Assembly: GCF_000283555.1 (NCBI RefSeq)
Contig: NC_016012.1
Coordinates: 840,001 to 872,000 of the forward strand
DNA: 32,000 nt
Reading direction: 5' to 3'
Source: Candidatus Arthromitus sp. SFB-rat-Yit
GTDB lineage: Bacteria > Bacillota > Clostridia > Clostridiales > Clostridiaceae
The position numbers and the translations under genes were made by a program. Shown here piece by piece: positions 17,556-26,880 of the stretch (position 1 is its first letter; each line of letters starts with the position of its first letter). A model generated the notes under the pieces. It had not been told where the DNA came from. It was given only the letters and a program-made list of their open reading frames with translations, and ran no database searches.

Positions 17556-18716
17556 TTACATACTCTTCTTTAATATTTCTCTAACATCGTCACGAACTAA
17601 TTCAACATATTCTCCTATTTTATCATTAATTGGAAATGTATTTTCTACTAAAATTTCTAAACTATCTTCTGTAATGCCACATTCTTTCAAAGATGTTTGT
17701 ATACCAATGCTTTTGAAAAATTCTTTAAACTTATTTGCAACCTTATGACAAAATTCAATATCTCTAAGTCCACCTTGTTCAAAATCAAATAGTTTTTTAC
17801 CTAATTTAATAATCTTATCTGGCTTTTTAGTTGCAACATATTCCATCCAATTCGGAGTAATTATAGCAAGTCCAACCCCGTGAGGAATATCAAATATACC
17901 ACTAACAGAATGTTCAATCTCATGAGTAGCCCAATCACCACCTGCAACAGATAAAGTTCCATTCAATCCTACAAACGAAGTATACATCATTGCTTCTCTT
18001 AACTCATAATTATTTAAATCATTTAATAATTTAGGTGCTATTTCCATCATGTATCTAATAGAAGATTCACAAAATCTATCAACAAGTTCTCCATTTTCTC
18101 CAGCATTAAAGTATTGTTCCAATAAATGCGATATAGTATCAACAATACCATTTACTGTTTGATTACGTGGGACACTAATCGTATATGTTGGATCTAATAT
18201 CGAAAAAACCGGAAAAGTAAACGGTCTATGTGCAAATCCTACTTTTTGATTATTCTCATCATTTGTAATAACACTATTAGGATTCATCTCTGTACCTGTT
18301 GCAGACAACGTCAAAATAGCCCCCAAAGGTATCCTATCAGTAGGAGTTTCTCTCTTGATTATTAAATCCCACACATCTGCATCACTCTTTGCTCCAATAG
18401 AAATAGCCTTAGATGCATCAATTACACTTCCACCTCCTACGGCTAAAATTAATTCAATATTTTTATCTTTACATATCTTAATTCCACTTTTCACACTGGA
18501 TAGTTTTGGATTTGGTTCAATACCACTCAATTCATATATTTCACAATTTAATTTCTTAAGCATAGATATAATTTCATCATATAAACCATTCTTCTTTATA
18601 CTTGAAAATCCATAAGTTAATAATACCTTAGTTCCTTCCATGATTTCTTTTTTTAAAACTTCTATCTTCCCTTTTCCAAAATAAACCTTGGTTGGATTAT
18701 AAAATTCAAAATTCAT
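17556..18716 (-). CDS. Iron-containing alcohol dehydrogenase
   Basis: MNFEFYNPTKVYFGKGKIEVL; VGGGSVIDASKAIS; ATGTEMNPNSV; EHSVSGIFDIPHGVGLAI. Confidence 0.94.
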   Translation of the reverse strand: MNFEFYNPTKVYFGKGKIEVLKKEIMEGTKVLLTYGFSSIKKNGLYDEIISMLKKLNCEIYELSGIEPNPKLSSVKSGIKICKDKNIELILAVGGGSVIDASKAISIGAKSDADVWDLIIKRETPTDRIPLGAILTLSATGTEMNPNSVITNDENNQKVGFAHRPFTFPVFSILDPTYTISVPRNQTVNGIVDTISHLLEQYFNAGENGELVDRFCESSIRYMMEIAPKLLNDLNNYELREAMMYTSFVGLNGTLSVAGGDWATHEIEHSVSGIFDIPHGVGLAIITPNWMEYVATKKPDKIIKLGKKLFDFEQGGLRDIEFCHKVANKFKEFFKSIGIQTSLKECGITEDSLEILVENTFPINDKIGEYVELVRDDVREILKKSM

Positions 18717-18764
18717 CTAATCACCTCTTTTTAATACTTGTAAATAATTATACCTCATACTAAA

Positions 18765-18796
18765 ATAAAAAAACAGATTGATTAAATCAATCTGCT
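18765..18796 (-). terminator. Intrinsic terminator downstream of the sepF paralog
   Basis: Minus strand CAGATTGAT-tta-ATCAATCTGTTTTTTT (18774-18794 stem). Confidence 0.85.
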
Positions 18797-18809
18797 TTCT
18801 AAATATGTA

Positions 18810-19268
18810 CTATTTATTCCATTCTAGGATGGATTTTTTAGTATCTTTATTTTCCTCATTTTTAGAAGTTAACTCTATGTTAAACGGAACAAAAACATAT
18901 ATTCCTTTTTCAATTTCCTGAAGCTCAGCATTCAAAACATAACTTGCCCCACATAAAAAATCTAACATCCTATAAGATATTTTACTATCTAAAGCAGTTG
19001 TGTTAATCAAAACAATTTTTCTTTCTTTCAAATCTTCACATATTCCTAAAACATCACTGTAAACAACAGGTTTAATAATTTTCATTTTTGTATCACTATA
19101 AAATCCGTCACCTCCTCCTTTCTTAATTATAGATTTAAGATTCGTAACTTTACCATAGTCATTACTTTTTGTATCATTATCAGATTCCACATCTCCATCG
19201 AATTCAAATTCACCATCTTTAAGACCAAAAAACCCCCAAACTTTATCAGCAGCATTTTTCAATCCCAT
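18810..19268 (-). CDS. SepF-like cell division protein, paralog 2
   Basis: [18 protein letters not shown]; [71 protein letters not shown]. Confidence 0.88.
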   Translation of the reverse strand: MGLKNAADKVWGFFGLKDGEFEFDGDVESDNDTKSNDYGKVTNLKSIIKKGGGDGFYSDTKMKIIKPVVYSDVLGICEDLKERKIVLINTTALDSKISYRMLDFLCGASYVLNAELQEIEKGIYVFVPFNIELTSKNEENKDTKKSILEWNK

Positions 19269-19437
19269 AAATACCCCTCCTTAATCACATACCTAACTAC
19301 ACTATACAAAACTAACTTACTATAGTTCTTAATCTATTGTTATCCATTCCAGTGAAATATATTTTGAATTAAACAATAACATTTTTTGAAGGTGATTTCT
19401 GTGATTCCTGAGATATTATGGGAATATTGGTTTTTCT

Positions 19438-20343
19438 TTAGCTCAGGTTCTCAATTACATTTTTAAAATGTTCCGGAAGATTTGATTTAAATTCAATATA
19501 TTTCTTTGTCTTAGGATGAACAAAACCAATAATTCTTGCATGAAGCAATTGACCTTCTTTATAAATATTATCTTTCTTAAGTCCATACAAAGGATCTCCC
19601 ACCAAAGGAAAACCTATATGGCTCATATGAACACGAATTTGATGAGTTCTTCCAGTATATAATTTACACTTAATGAGAGTACATCTTCTATATCTTCTCA
19701 AAACTTTATACTCGGTTATTGCCTCTTTACCCTTTTGTACAACCCCCATCTTAATTCTATCTTTCGGATTCCTCCCAATATTTGTTTCAATTAATCCTTT
19801 AGATTTTTTAATAATTCCATGAACCAATGCCACATATTCACGTTTAATTGAATGAACTTTAAACTGCTCACCCAAAAATTTATGTGCAAAATCATTTTTA
19901 GCCACAACAATAAGTCCAGAAGTATCTTTATCAATTCTATGTATTATCCCTGGACGCTCAACACCATTTATAGAAGATAAATCTTTACAATGATACATAA
20001 GAGCATTAACAAGTGTATCTTTATAAACATTTTGTGCTGGATGTACAATCATTCCCTTCGGCTTATTTATAATGATTATATCACTATCTTCATAAACAAC
20101 ATCAAGTACTATATTTTGTTCAAGAACTTCAAGGCGTTTAATCTCAAAATCTAAAATTGAAATTTCATCACCCATTCTCGTCTTATAACTAGCTTTAACA
20201 CTTTTCCCATTAACAAATATTTTTTCATCATTAATAAGTTTCTGGACAAAACTTCTAGTATAAACATCACCAAAATACTCTAAAACAAATTTATCAATTC
20301 TCTCACTTAAATTCTTTTCATTATTAACAATAATTTTTTCCAT
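19438..20343 (-). CDS. RluA/RluD family pseudouridine synthase
   Basis: Start set at ATG 20343 (GGGAAGGG RBS). S4-like N-terminus; GIIHRIDKDTSGLIVVAKN; YTGRTHQIRVHMSHIGFPLVGDPLYG. Confidence 0.95.
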   Translation of the reverse strand: MEKIIVNNEKNLSERIDKFVLEYFGDVYTRSFVQKLINDEKIFVNGKSVKASYKTRMGDEISILDFEIKRLEVLEQNIVLDVVYEDSDIIIINKPKGMIVHPAQNVYKDTLVNALMYHCKDLSSINGVERPGIIHRIDKDTSGLIVVAKNDFAHKFLGEQFKVHSIKREYVALVHGIIKKSKGLIETNIGRNPKDRIKMGVVQKGKEAITEYKVLRRYRRCTLIKCKLYTGRTHQIRVHMSHIGFPLVGDPLYGLKKDNIYKEGQLLHARIIGFVHPKTKKYIEFKSNLPEHFKNVIENLS

Positions 20344-20370
20344 AAAGCCCTTCCCATAATTATATAAAAA

Positions 20371-20407
20371 CAAAAAAGCACCTAACGAAACAATCTCCTA
20401 GGTGCTA
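20371..20407 (-). terminator. Intrinsic terminator downstream of divIVA
   Basis: Minus strand AGCACCTA-ggagattgtttcgt-TAGGTGCTTTTTTG; stem arms 20377-20384 and 20399-20406. Confidence 0.85.
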
Positions 20408-20418
20408 ACTAAACAAAT

Positions 20419-21117
20419 TTAACTCTCACTTATAAAAAACTTCTTTATATTCTCAAGATCTGAATCAACATCTTCTGATGTCTTAAGTCTTGATGATGAA
20501 TCTTCATTTTCAAAAGAATTCGCACTAAATTTTGTTTGTACAGATATATCATTTTCATTAGATATTACCTCTGTCGTACATTCTTCTATTTCCTTATCTT
20601 TAAAATCTCTATCATTGTTTTCAAAGCTTGTCCTATCATTAACTTTATTTATATTATAATTCTTAATAAAATCTTTCTCCAAATCTTCAAAGGTATCCAT
20701 TTGAACAGTAATAAAGTTTCTAAATTTTGCTCTAAATTTCACAAATTCTTGCTTAAGTCTATCATACTCTTGAGTTATAGAAACAACATCAGTATGAGCT
20801 TTATCCAAAATCTTTTTAGCTGAATCATTTGCATGCTTAATAACCATATCAGCTTCTTTTTGAGAAGAAACTTTCGCTTGTTCAGCAGCATTCTGAGCTA
20901 ATAACAAAGTGTTTTGAATAGTTGACTCAATCTTTGAATAATGCTCAATTTTTTCATTCATTGCATTAATCTTTTCTTTTAAAAGAGAATTTTCCTTAAA
21001 AAGTTCTTCATAATCTTCCACAATTTGATCTAAAAACTCATCTACTTCTTCAGGATCATACCCCCTAAGCATTTTTCTAAACTCTTTATTTGTAATATCA
21101 ACCGGAGTTATCTTCAC
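20419..21117 (-). CDS. divIVA: DivIVA family protein
   Basis: MKITPVDITNKEFRKMLRGYDPEEVDEFLDQIVEDYEELFKENSLLKEKI. GTG at 21117 with GAGGTGA upstream; the ORF track used 21126. Confidence 0.93.
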   Translation of the reverse strand: MKITPVDITNKEFRKMLRGYDPEEVDEFLDQIVEDYEELFKENSLLKEKINAMNEKIEHYSKIESTIQNTLLLAQNAAEQAKVSSQKEADMVIKHANDSAKKILDKAHTDVVSITQEYDRLKQEFVKFRAKFRNFITVQMDTFEDLEKDFIKNYNINKVNDRTSFENNDRDFKDKEIEECTTEVISNENDISVQTKFSANSFENEDSSSRLKTSEDVDSDLENIKKFFISES

Positions 21118-21140
21118 GCTCTTCACCTCAAACCATAAAT

Positions 21141-21917
21141 TTAAATAAATTTGTCTACAATGATCTTGTTTTTATTTTTAGATGTACTTCCTAAAATCTC
21201 TTTAAATTTAAATTTACCAAATCCAGTTACGACGATTATATCATTTTCACAAATTTTTTTATCTGGATTTGATTCAATAATTCCATTTATTTTAATCTTA
21301 CCTTCCTTTACAAGAAGCTTAGACTTTTCCCTAGAAACATTTGTTAAGGACGATATTATATTATCAATACGTAATGACGACACAACTTTATATAAAATTT
21401 CGAATCTCTTCTGAGGCAACCTATTAAATAACTCAACAGCAACATTAACCGGAGAATGTTTAACTTTTATCAAATTTTGAATTATATAATCTACAAAATC
21501 AATAACTACTGGCACATAGACAGAATTATTCTCTATGACTAAATCGCCCATCTTTTCTCTCGAGAAGCCTAACGACATAATACTTCCCAAAAAATCCCTA
21601 TGCGATAATTTATTGAACTTATCGTTATAAGATATTTTTAACACCTTCGCAACATCATCAAAAATCGAGAGATCAATCTCACCTATTGAAAAAGCGATCA
21701 AGCATCTCTCGGCATCATCAACAAAACCATAACATAAAACATTAAGCTCTTTAGTTGATAAAAAACTTTTAAGAACATTGCATACATTGACCGTATAAAA
21801 TTCATTTGTAATCATCGTTTTTCCACTTTTAAGTGCAGATACATACAATGAAAATAGCTTGTTCGCATCTTCAATAGAATTACCACAGCTTTTTATAAAA
21901 TCATTCTTAGATAACAA
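21141..21917 (-). CDS. YlmH-like RNA-binding S4 domain protein
   Basis: C-terminal S4 domain RIDNIISSLTNVSREKSKLLVKEGKIKINGIIESNPDKKICENDIIVVTGFGKFKF; located between sepF and divIVA as in Firmicutes. Confidence 0.9.
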   Translation of the reverse strand: MLSKNDFIKSCGNSIEDANKLFSLYVSALKSGKTMITNEFYTVNVCNVLKSFLSTKELNVLCYGFVDDAERCLIAFSIGEIDLSIFDDVAKVLKISYNDKFNKLSHRDFLGSIMSLGFSREKMGDLVIENNSVYVPVVIDFVDYIIQNLIKVKHSPVNVAVELFNRLPQKRFEILYKVVSSLRIDNIISSLTNVSREKSKLLVKEGKIKINGIIESNPDKKICENDIIVVTGFGKFKFKEILGSTSKNKNKIIVDKFI

Positions 21918-21920
21918 TGT

Positions 21921-22394
21921 TTACTTTGCCCAACTAAACAAACTACTCTTAGTTTGTATTTCTTTTTTAAGCTCATTTGTGACTTCAACATTTGAAGGAG
22001 CTAATATGTAAATTGATTTTTCAACTTCTTGAAACTCAGCATCAAGAGCATAGCTTGCCCCACATAAAAAGTCAACTGTTCGCTGAGCAACCTTAGGTTC
22101 TAAAATTGTCGCATTAACAATAACTATCTTTCTGTTTTTTAAATCATCACAAATACCCAATACTTCCTCATATGCAACAGGCTTTATTATAGTCATTCGT
22201 GCTAAACTATTTCCCGTATGCAAGTTAACAACTTTATTGTTTAAATTTTGTGATTCTGATGTATTATTTTGTTTATTCATCGAAAAAATCTCATCATTAT
22301 TTTTTTGTTTTTCTTCCCTTTCTAAGGAATCTTCATATTCATCCTTTAAACCAAAAAAGCCCCACACCTTTTCAGCTGCATTCTTTAATGCCAT
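21921..22394 (-). CDS. sepF: Cell division protein SepF (paralog 1)
   Basis: [22 protein letters not shown]; [72 protein letters not shown]. Confidence 0.9.
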   Translation of the reverse strand: MALKNAAEKVWGFFGLKDEYEDSLEREEKQKNNDEIFSMNKQNNTSESQNLNNKVVNLHTGNSLARMTIIKPVAYEEVLGICDDLKNRKIVIVNATILEPKVAQRTVDFLCGASYALDAEFQEVEKSIYILAPSNVEVTNELKKEIQTKSSLFSWAK

Positions 22395-22491
22395 AATATC
22401 TCTTACCTTCCCCCATAAATTTCACATTATTTTAGTTAAATATTCTACATTTTTTTTTAAAATCCTTCTCAAAATATATAAAAATTTTATA

Positions 22492-23256
22492 TTATTGAAT
22501 CGAAATAATAGGATGATTTTTAGTCCTAACATCAATATATCCTGTCATCTTACTATATCCTTCATTAGAATTAATAGTATTTATAACTATATTAAATTTT
22601 TGTCTAAGATCCGAATTCTTTCCTATTTTAATTATTATATTTTTATATCCAATAATAACGTTATGGATATCTGTCAAATCAACGTAATCAAACTTTACAT
22701 TTGTTTTATTTAATTCAAGTAAATCACTTATACTCCTAATCCAATCTAACTCTCTGCTCCCATCTTTCAACAATTGATCTCCAATATTCAAGTTTCCTGA
22801 AAAATCAATTCCCTTTATTTCCATAATATCAAGATCTTCTATATAATCTCGTACATCAACAAGCCTCAAATTAGAATCTAATATATAAAATGAATTATTA
22901 TATGGAATATAATAATCCACTTTCTTTTCTTCGATAATGATATCCAATTTATTAGGAAAAATTTTTTTATACATAACCCCATCAACATATTTATTTTGTC
23001 TTAAAACAGAGAGGTTCTGCTCTATTGAATAAAACAGAATATTTTTATTATATAAAATATTTAATTCTTGCTTCACGTAATCCGCAGACAAAAGTTTATT
23101 TCCCACAATATTAATATACTTTATATTAAACAGAGGAGAATTGATTAAAACCAATAAAAATATTACAAATATTAAAAATAGTAAAATAATTCTCCTGATC
23201 AAAAATATTCTTCGTCTTCTTATTAATCTGTTCTTATTTATTATTTTATTATCCAT
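22492..23256 (-). CDS. FtsQ/DivIB-type cell division protein
   Basis: N-terminal basic/TM segment then POTRA-like FNIKYINIVGNKLLSADYVKQELN; position directly downstream of ftsW. Confidence 0.85.
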   Translation of the reverse strand: MDNKIINKNRLIRRRRIFLIRRIILLFLIFVIFLLVLINSPLFNIKYINIVGNKLLSADYVKQELNILYNKNILFYSIEQNLSVLRQNKYVDGVMYKKIFPNKLDIIIEEKKVDYYIPYNNSFYILDSNLRLVDVRDYIEDLDIMEIKGIDFSGNLNIGDQLLKDGSRELDWIRSISDLLELNKTNVKFDYVDLTDIHNVIIGYKNIIIKIGKNSDLRQKFNIVINTINSNEGYSKMTGYIDVRTKNHPIISIQ

Positions 23257-23278
23257 AATAACGTAAGCTACCTCTTAA

Positions 23279-24439
23279 TTACCATTTAACCCTATTTCTA
23301 GATACATTTAAAAGAATTCCAACAGCTGTCATATTAAATAACAGGGACGACCCTCCGTAGCTTATGAATGGAAGCGGAACTCCAGTAACAGGCATAGTAC
23401 CCGTAACAACAGCCAAATTTATAATTGCCTGTATTGCAATAACAGATGTTATTCCCATCGCAAGTAATGTACCAAAATTATCTTTACATTTTATAGAAAT
23501 AACCACTCCTCTCCATATCAAAATCCCAAATAAAAATATAATTATTATTCCTCCTAAGAATCCTGTTTCTTCTGCTATAACCGAAAATATAAAATCATTA
23601 TGTGGCTCAGGTAAATAATACGCTTTTTGCCTAGACATTCCAAATCCCAACCCTAAAAATCCACCTGATCCAAGAGCTAATAGCGACTGGATTAATTGAT
23701 ATCCATCTCCTCTAGGGTCTGCCCACGGATCCATAAAACTAAGTAATCTCTTTAATCTATACGGAGCTACAAGTATAAGTGTCATACCAGCAGCAAGACC
23801 AATCCCTCCGAGCGTAAAAAGATGTTTCTTTTTAGCCCCTGATACTGTTATGAGAATAAATGCCACAAACATTATAACTGAAGTTATACTTAGGTTTTTT
23901 TCTGCAAGAACAAGACCTGCAAATATCCCAGCTACCATAAGTGTTGGAAATACTCCTGACCAAAAGTTCTTTATCCCATCACCTTTTTTATCTAAACTTC
24001 TAGCAAGATATATAACAACTACATACTTAGCCATTTCAGACGGCTGAAGTGACAAAGGTCCTAATTGTATCCATCTTTGAGCTCCATTTATTGGAGGAAA
24101 CAAAAAAACAAGCAATAATAGTAGTATTGTTATACCCATAAGTACGATTACAAGCCTTGGATTTTTGAATTTATGATAGTCCCACTTTATAAAAAAGACT
24201 ATAGCTGCTGCACCTACAAATACAAAAACCAATTGTCTTTTTAAATAATACATGCTATCTTGAAGCTCATTAGCAGCCCTATAGGAACTTGCACTATATA
24301 TCATTATCGCTCCAACTGCAACAAGAAGTATTACTGTATAGAATAAAATATAATCAATCTCACCATGAGCTTTATTCAATTTAAAAAGCCTAGATATTCT
24401 AGTACTTTTAATATCCAATTCATTTTCTTTATTCCCCAT
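23279..24439 (-). CDS. ftsW: SEDS family FtsW/SpoVE-like protein
   Basis: Multi-TM; GAQRWIQLGPLSLQPSEMAKYVVVIYLA; FIFSVIAEETGFLG; GVPLPFISYGGSSLLFNMTAVGILLN. Confidence 0.94.
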   Translation of the reverse strand: MGNKENELDIKSTRISRLFKLNKAHGEIDYILFYTVILLVAVGAIMIYSASSYRAANELQDSMYYLKRQLVFVFVGAAAIVFFIKWDYHKFKNPRLVIVLMGITILLLLLVFLFPPINGAQRWIQLGPLSLQPSEMAKYVVVIYLARSLDKKGDGIKNFWSGVFPTLMVAGIFAGLVLAEKNLSITSVIMFVAFILITVSGAKKKHLFTLGGIGLAAGMTLILVAPYRLKRLLSFMDPWADPRGDGYQLIQSLLALGSGGFLGLGFGMSRQKAYYLPEPHNDFIFSVIAEETGFLGGIIIIFLFGILIWRGVVISIKCKDNFGTLLAMGITSVIAIQAIINLAVVTGTMPVTGVPLPFISYGGSSLLFNMTAVGILLNVSRNRVKW

Positions 24440-24455
24440 ACAACCCCCACTCCTT

Positions 24456-25427
24456 TCACAGCACTATCCAAGATAAAATACATGCTATTAATGTGATTGC
24501 ACCAAAAACACAAACAATTTTATTTTCACTCCAACCCAAATGTTCAAAATGATGATGTATCGGTGCCATTTTAAACACCCTTTTCTTCGTACACTTGTAA
24601 ACTAAAACTTGAATAATAACGGATAATGTTTCAATAACATAAATGATCCCAACAAAAACTAAAACAAATTCTATTTTCAATATAAAAGCAATAGCAGCAA
24701 CTGCCCCTCCTAAAGCAAGAGATCCTGTATCGCCCATAAAAACTTTAGCGGGATTAATATTAAATATTAAAAACGCCATCAAAGCTCCAACGAGTATAAA
24801 AGCGAAAACACTTAAATGTATCTTTCCAAACATAAATCCAATTACAAACAGAAACAACAATACAATTATTGTTACAGTTGTAGCTAATCCATCTAACCCA
24901 TCGGTTAAATTAACAGCATTAGTTACACCAGTAAAATAAATAAATAAAAATGGTACATAAAAATAAGATAGATTTATATAGCCGTTTAAAAATGGAATAT
25001 ATATGACTTTAAGATCTTCATAATCTTTCGTAACCAAATATATACCCAACGTTATAAGAATGAGAAAAAACATCTTTTGGTATGCTCTCAATCCTAAATT
25101 GTTCTTCCTCAATATTTTAAGATAATCATCTAAGAAACCAATGAATCCAAAGGCTAAAAATATACTCAAAGCTATAAATTCTTCTCCATCAGATGTTTCA
25201 GCAAAAAACACAGAATATAAAATCGTAACTACTGTTGTAGCCAATATAAAAATTAGACCACCCATCGTTGGAGTTCCCTGTTTCTTAAAATGGGATTGTG
25301 GTCCTTCTTCCCTTATACTTTGTCCATATTTCATACGATGTAAAATTGGGATTAAACCTTTGCCTAATATGTACGCTAAAACAAATGAACAAATCAAAGG
25401 AAGAACTAACAATAGTAACATTTCCAT
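24456..25427 (-). CDS. mraY: Phospho-N-acetylmuramoyl-pentapeptide-transferase
   Basis: GPQSHFKKQGTPTMGG; NAVNLTDGLDGLA; VFMGDTGSLALGG; MAPIHHHFEHLGWSE. Start ambiguous: GTG 25433 (ORF track), ATG 25427 or ATG 25421. Confidence 0.96.
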   Translation of the reverse strand: MEMLLLLVLPLICSFVLAYILGKGLIPILHRMKYGQSIREEGPQSHFKKQGTPTMGGLIFILATTVVTILYSVFFAETSDGEEFIALSIFLAFGFIGFLDDYLKILRKNNLGLRAYQKMFFLILITLGIYLVTKDYEDLKVIYIPFLNGYINLSYFYVPFLFIYFTGVTNAVNLTDGLDGLATTVTIIVLLFLFVIGFMFGKIHLSVFAFILVGALMAFLIFNINPAKVFMGDTGSLALGGAVAAIAFILKIEFVLVFVGIIYVIETLSVIIQVLVYKCTKKRVFKMAPIHHHFEHLGWSENKIVCVFGAITLIACILSWIVL

Positions 25428-25435
25428 AAACACGC

Positions 25436-25463
25436 CTAAACTTATACGTCCATATAAGTTTAG
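25436..25463 (-). promoter_or_regulatory. Perfect 11-bp stem/6-nt loop hairpin between the mraY Shine-Dalgarno and start codon
   Basis: Minus strand GGAGG-ga-CTAAACTTATA-tggacg-TATAAGTTTAG-gcgtgttt-ATG. Confidence 0.8.
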
Positions 25464-25479
25464 TCCCTCCCTCTCATTT

Positions 25480-26847
25480 TTAAAATATATCTCTTATAAT
25501 ATCCAACACTCTTTCAAACTTCGCTGAACGTGAAGCTTTTATAAGTATCGTTTCATTTCCATTTAATATTTGCTCTATATTATTTCTAAGTTCATCTAAG
25601 TTTTCAAACTGAAAACACTTTTCCTTATTTTTAAAATTACTACAATATTCATTTCTAAATTTTCCAACAGCTATCAATTTATCTATCTTTTCGTTGGCAT
25701 ATCTAGAAACTTCTCTATGATATTCCTCTGCAAACTCTCCTGCTTCTCCCATATCACCAAAAATACCTACTTTTTCATTTTTGTATAACGAAAGTATATC
25801 TATAGCACTTTTCATGGAATTTAAACTTGCGTTATAGCAATCATTTATTATTGTAATATTTTTATAATTAATAATCTCCTGTCTCATACTAGCTGGAGTT
25901 AGCGAATTAAATTTATTTCTAAGCACATCCATAGGAATATTAAAAATTTCACAAAGCTTAAAAGCGATTAGAGAATTTAATATGTTATGTTTACCTTTAA
26001 GAGGTAATGAAACACCTTCTTCTTCTCCGTTATATAGGACATCAAACTTAATTCCATTTAAAGATACATCTTCATTAACAGCATACATATCACAACAATC
26101 TTTTGAAAAACCAACTCTGTTAATTAAAAAATCCGATGAGTTAATTGACTTCAAGAGATCATCTTCATAATTTACAATTAAAATATCATTATGATTAAAA
26201 TAATTTACTATCTCCATTTTAGCTTTGAGTATATTTTCTTTAGTTTTTAAAAACTCTATATGACTCACTCCAATATTTGTTATAACCCCAATATGTGGTC
26301 TTAAAATATTAACTAGATAATCAATTTCACCTAAATTATTCATACCAACTTCAAACACGCCAATTTCAGCATCATCATCAATATTAATAAGAGATATTGG
26401 CATACCTAAATGATTGTTAAAATTTCCAAAATTTTTATAAACTTTATAATTTGAAGATAAAAAATCATAAATTAAATCCTTTGTAGTTGTCTTACCTACC
26501 GATCCCGTTACAGCTATTAAATCTATATCTAATTTTGATCTTACATAAATAGCAAGTTTTTTAAGTGCATCGAGAGTACTATCAACCAACACAACTGAAA
26601 CATCATATAGTTCAAATTCTTTGTAAGAAAAATAATCCTTATCAATAATACAAAGTTTAACGCCTTCTTTTATAGCATCAAAAATATATTTGTTTCCATC
26701 AAAGTTCTCTCCACTTATTGCCAAAAATATATCTTCGCCATTTATGGTTCTCGTATCAATAGAAATTTTATTAAATTCACAATATGTACCCTTTATTAAT
26801 AAATTACCTGAAACACATTTAACAATTTCCTCAATGTTAAGAATCAT
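25480..26847 (-). CDS. murF: UDP-N-acetylmuramoyl-tripeptide--D-alanyl-D-alanine ligase
   Basis: ITRTINGEDIFLAISGENFDG-like N-terminus; AVTGSVGKTTTKDLI; NFNNHLGMPISL; INDCYNASLNSMKSAI. Confidence 0.95.
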   Translation of the reverse strand: MILNIEEIVKCVSGNLLIKGTYCEFNKISIDTRTINGEDIFLAISGENFDGNKYIFDAIKEGVKLCIIDKDYFSYKEFELYDVSVVLVDSTLDALKKLAIYVRSKLDIDLIAVTGSVGKTTTKDLIYDFLSSNYKVYKNFGNFNNHLGMPISLINIDDDAEIGVFEVGMNNLGEIDYLVNILRPHIGVITNIGVSHIEFLKTKENILKAKMEIVNYFNHNDILIVNYEDDLLKSINSSDFLINRVGFSKDCCDMYAVNEDVSLNGIKFDVLYNGEEEGVSLPLKGKHNILNSLIAFKLCEIFNIPMDVLRNKFNSLTPASMRQEIINYKNITIINDCYNASLNSMKSAIDILSLYKNEKVGIFGDMGEAGEFAEEYHREVSRYANEKIDKLIAVGKFRNEYCSNFKNKEKCFQFENLDELRNNIEQILNGNETILIKASRSAKFERVLDIIRDIF

Positions 26848-26880
26848 TTTATCACACCTTCAAAGTAAAATATCGCTAAA

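Noticed and set aside
19393-19460. Possible small plus-strand ORF (GAAGGTGATTTCT GTG ATT CCT GAG ATA TTA TGG...) at the end of rluD
   Set aside because: About 21 codons, convergent overlap with rluD, SD-like match plausible but no independent support. Could be revisited with Ribo-seq.
22237-22713. 158-aa plus-strand ORF spanning the sepF/ftsQ gap
   Set aside because: Phe/Ile/Asn-rich translation of AT-rich antisense sequence; overlaps two well-supported genes.
23364-25527. Plus-strand ORFs antisense to ftsW, mraY and murF (23364..23618, 23850..24047, 24643..24939, 25141..25527)
   Set aside because: Antisense to highly conserved genes; no coding signal by motif or RBS.
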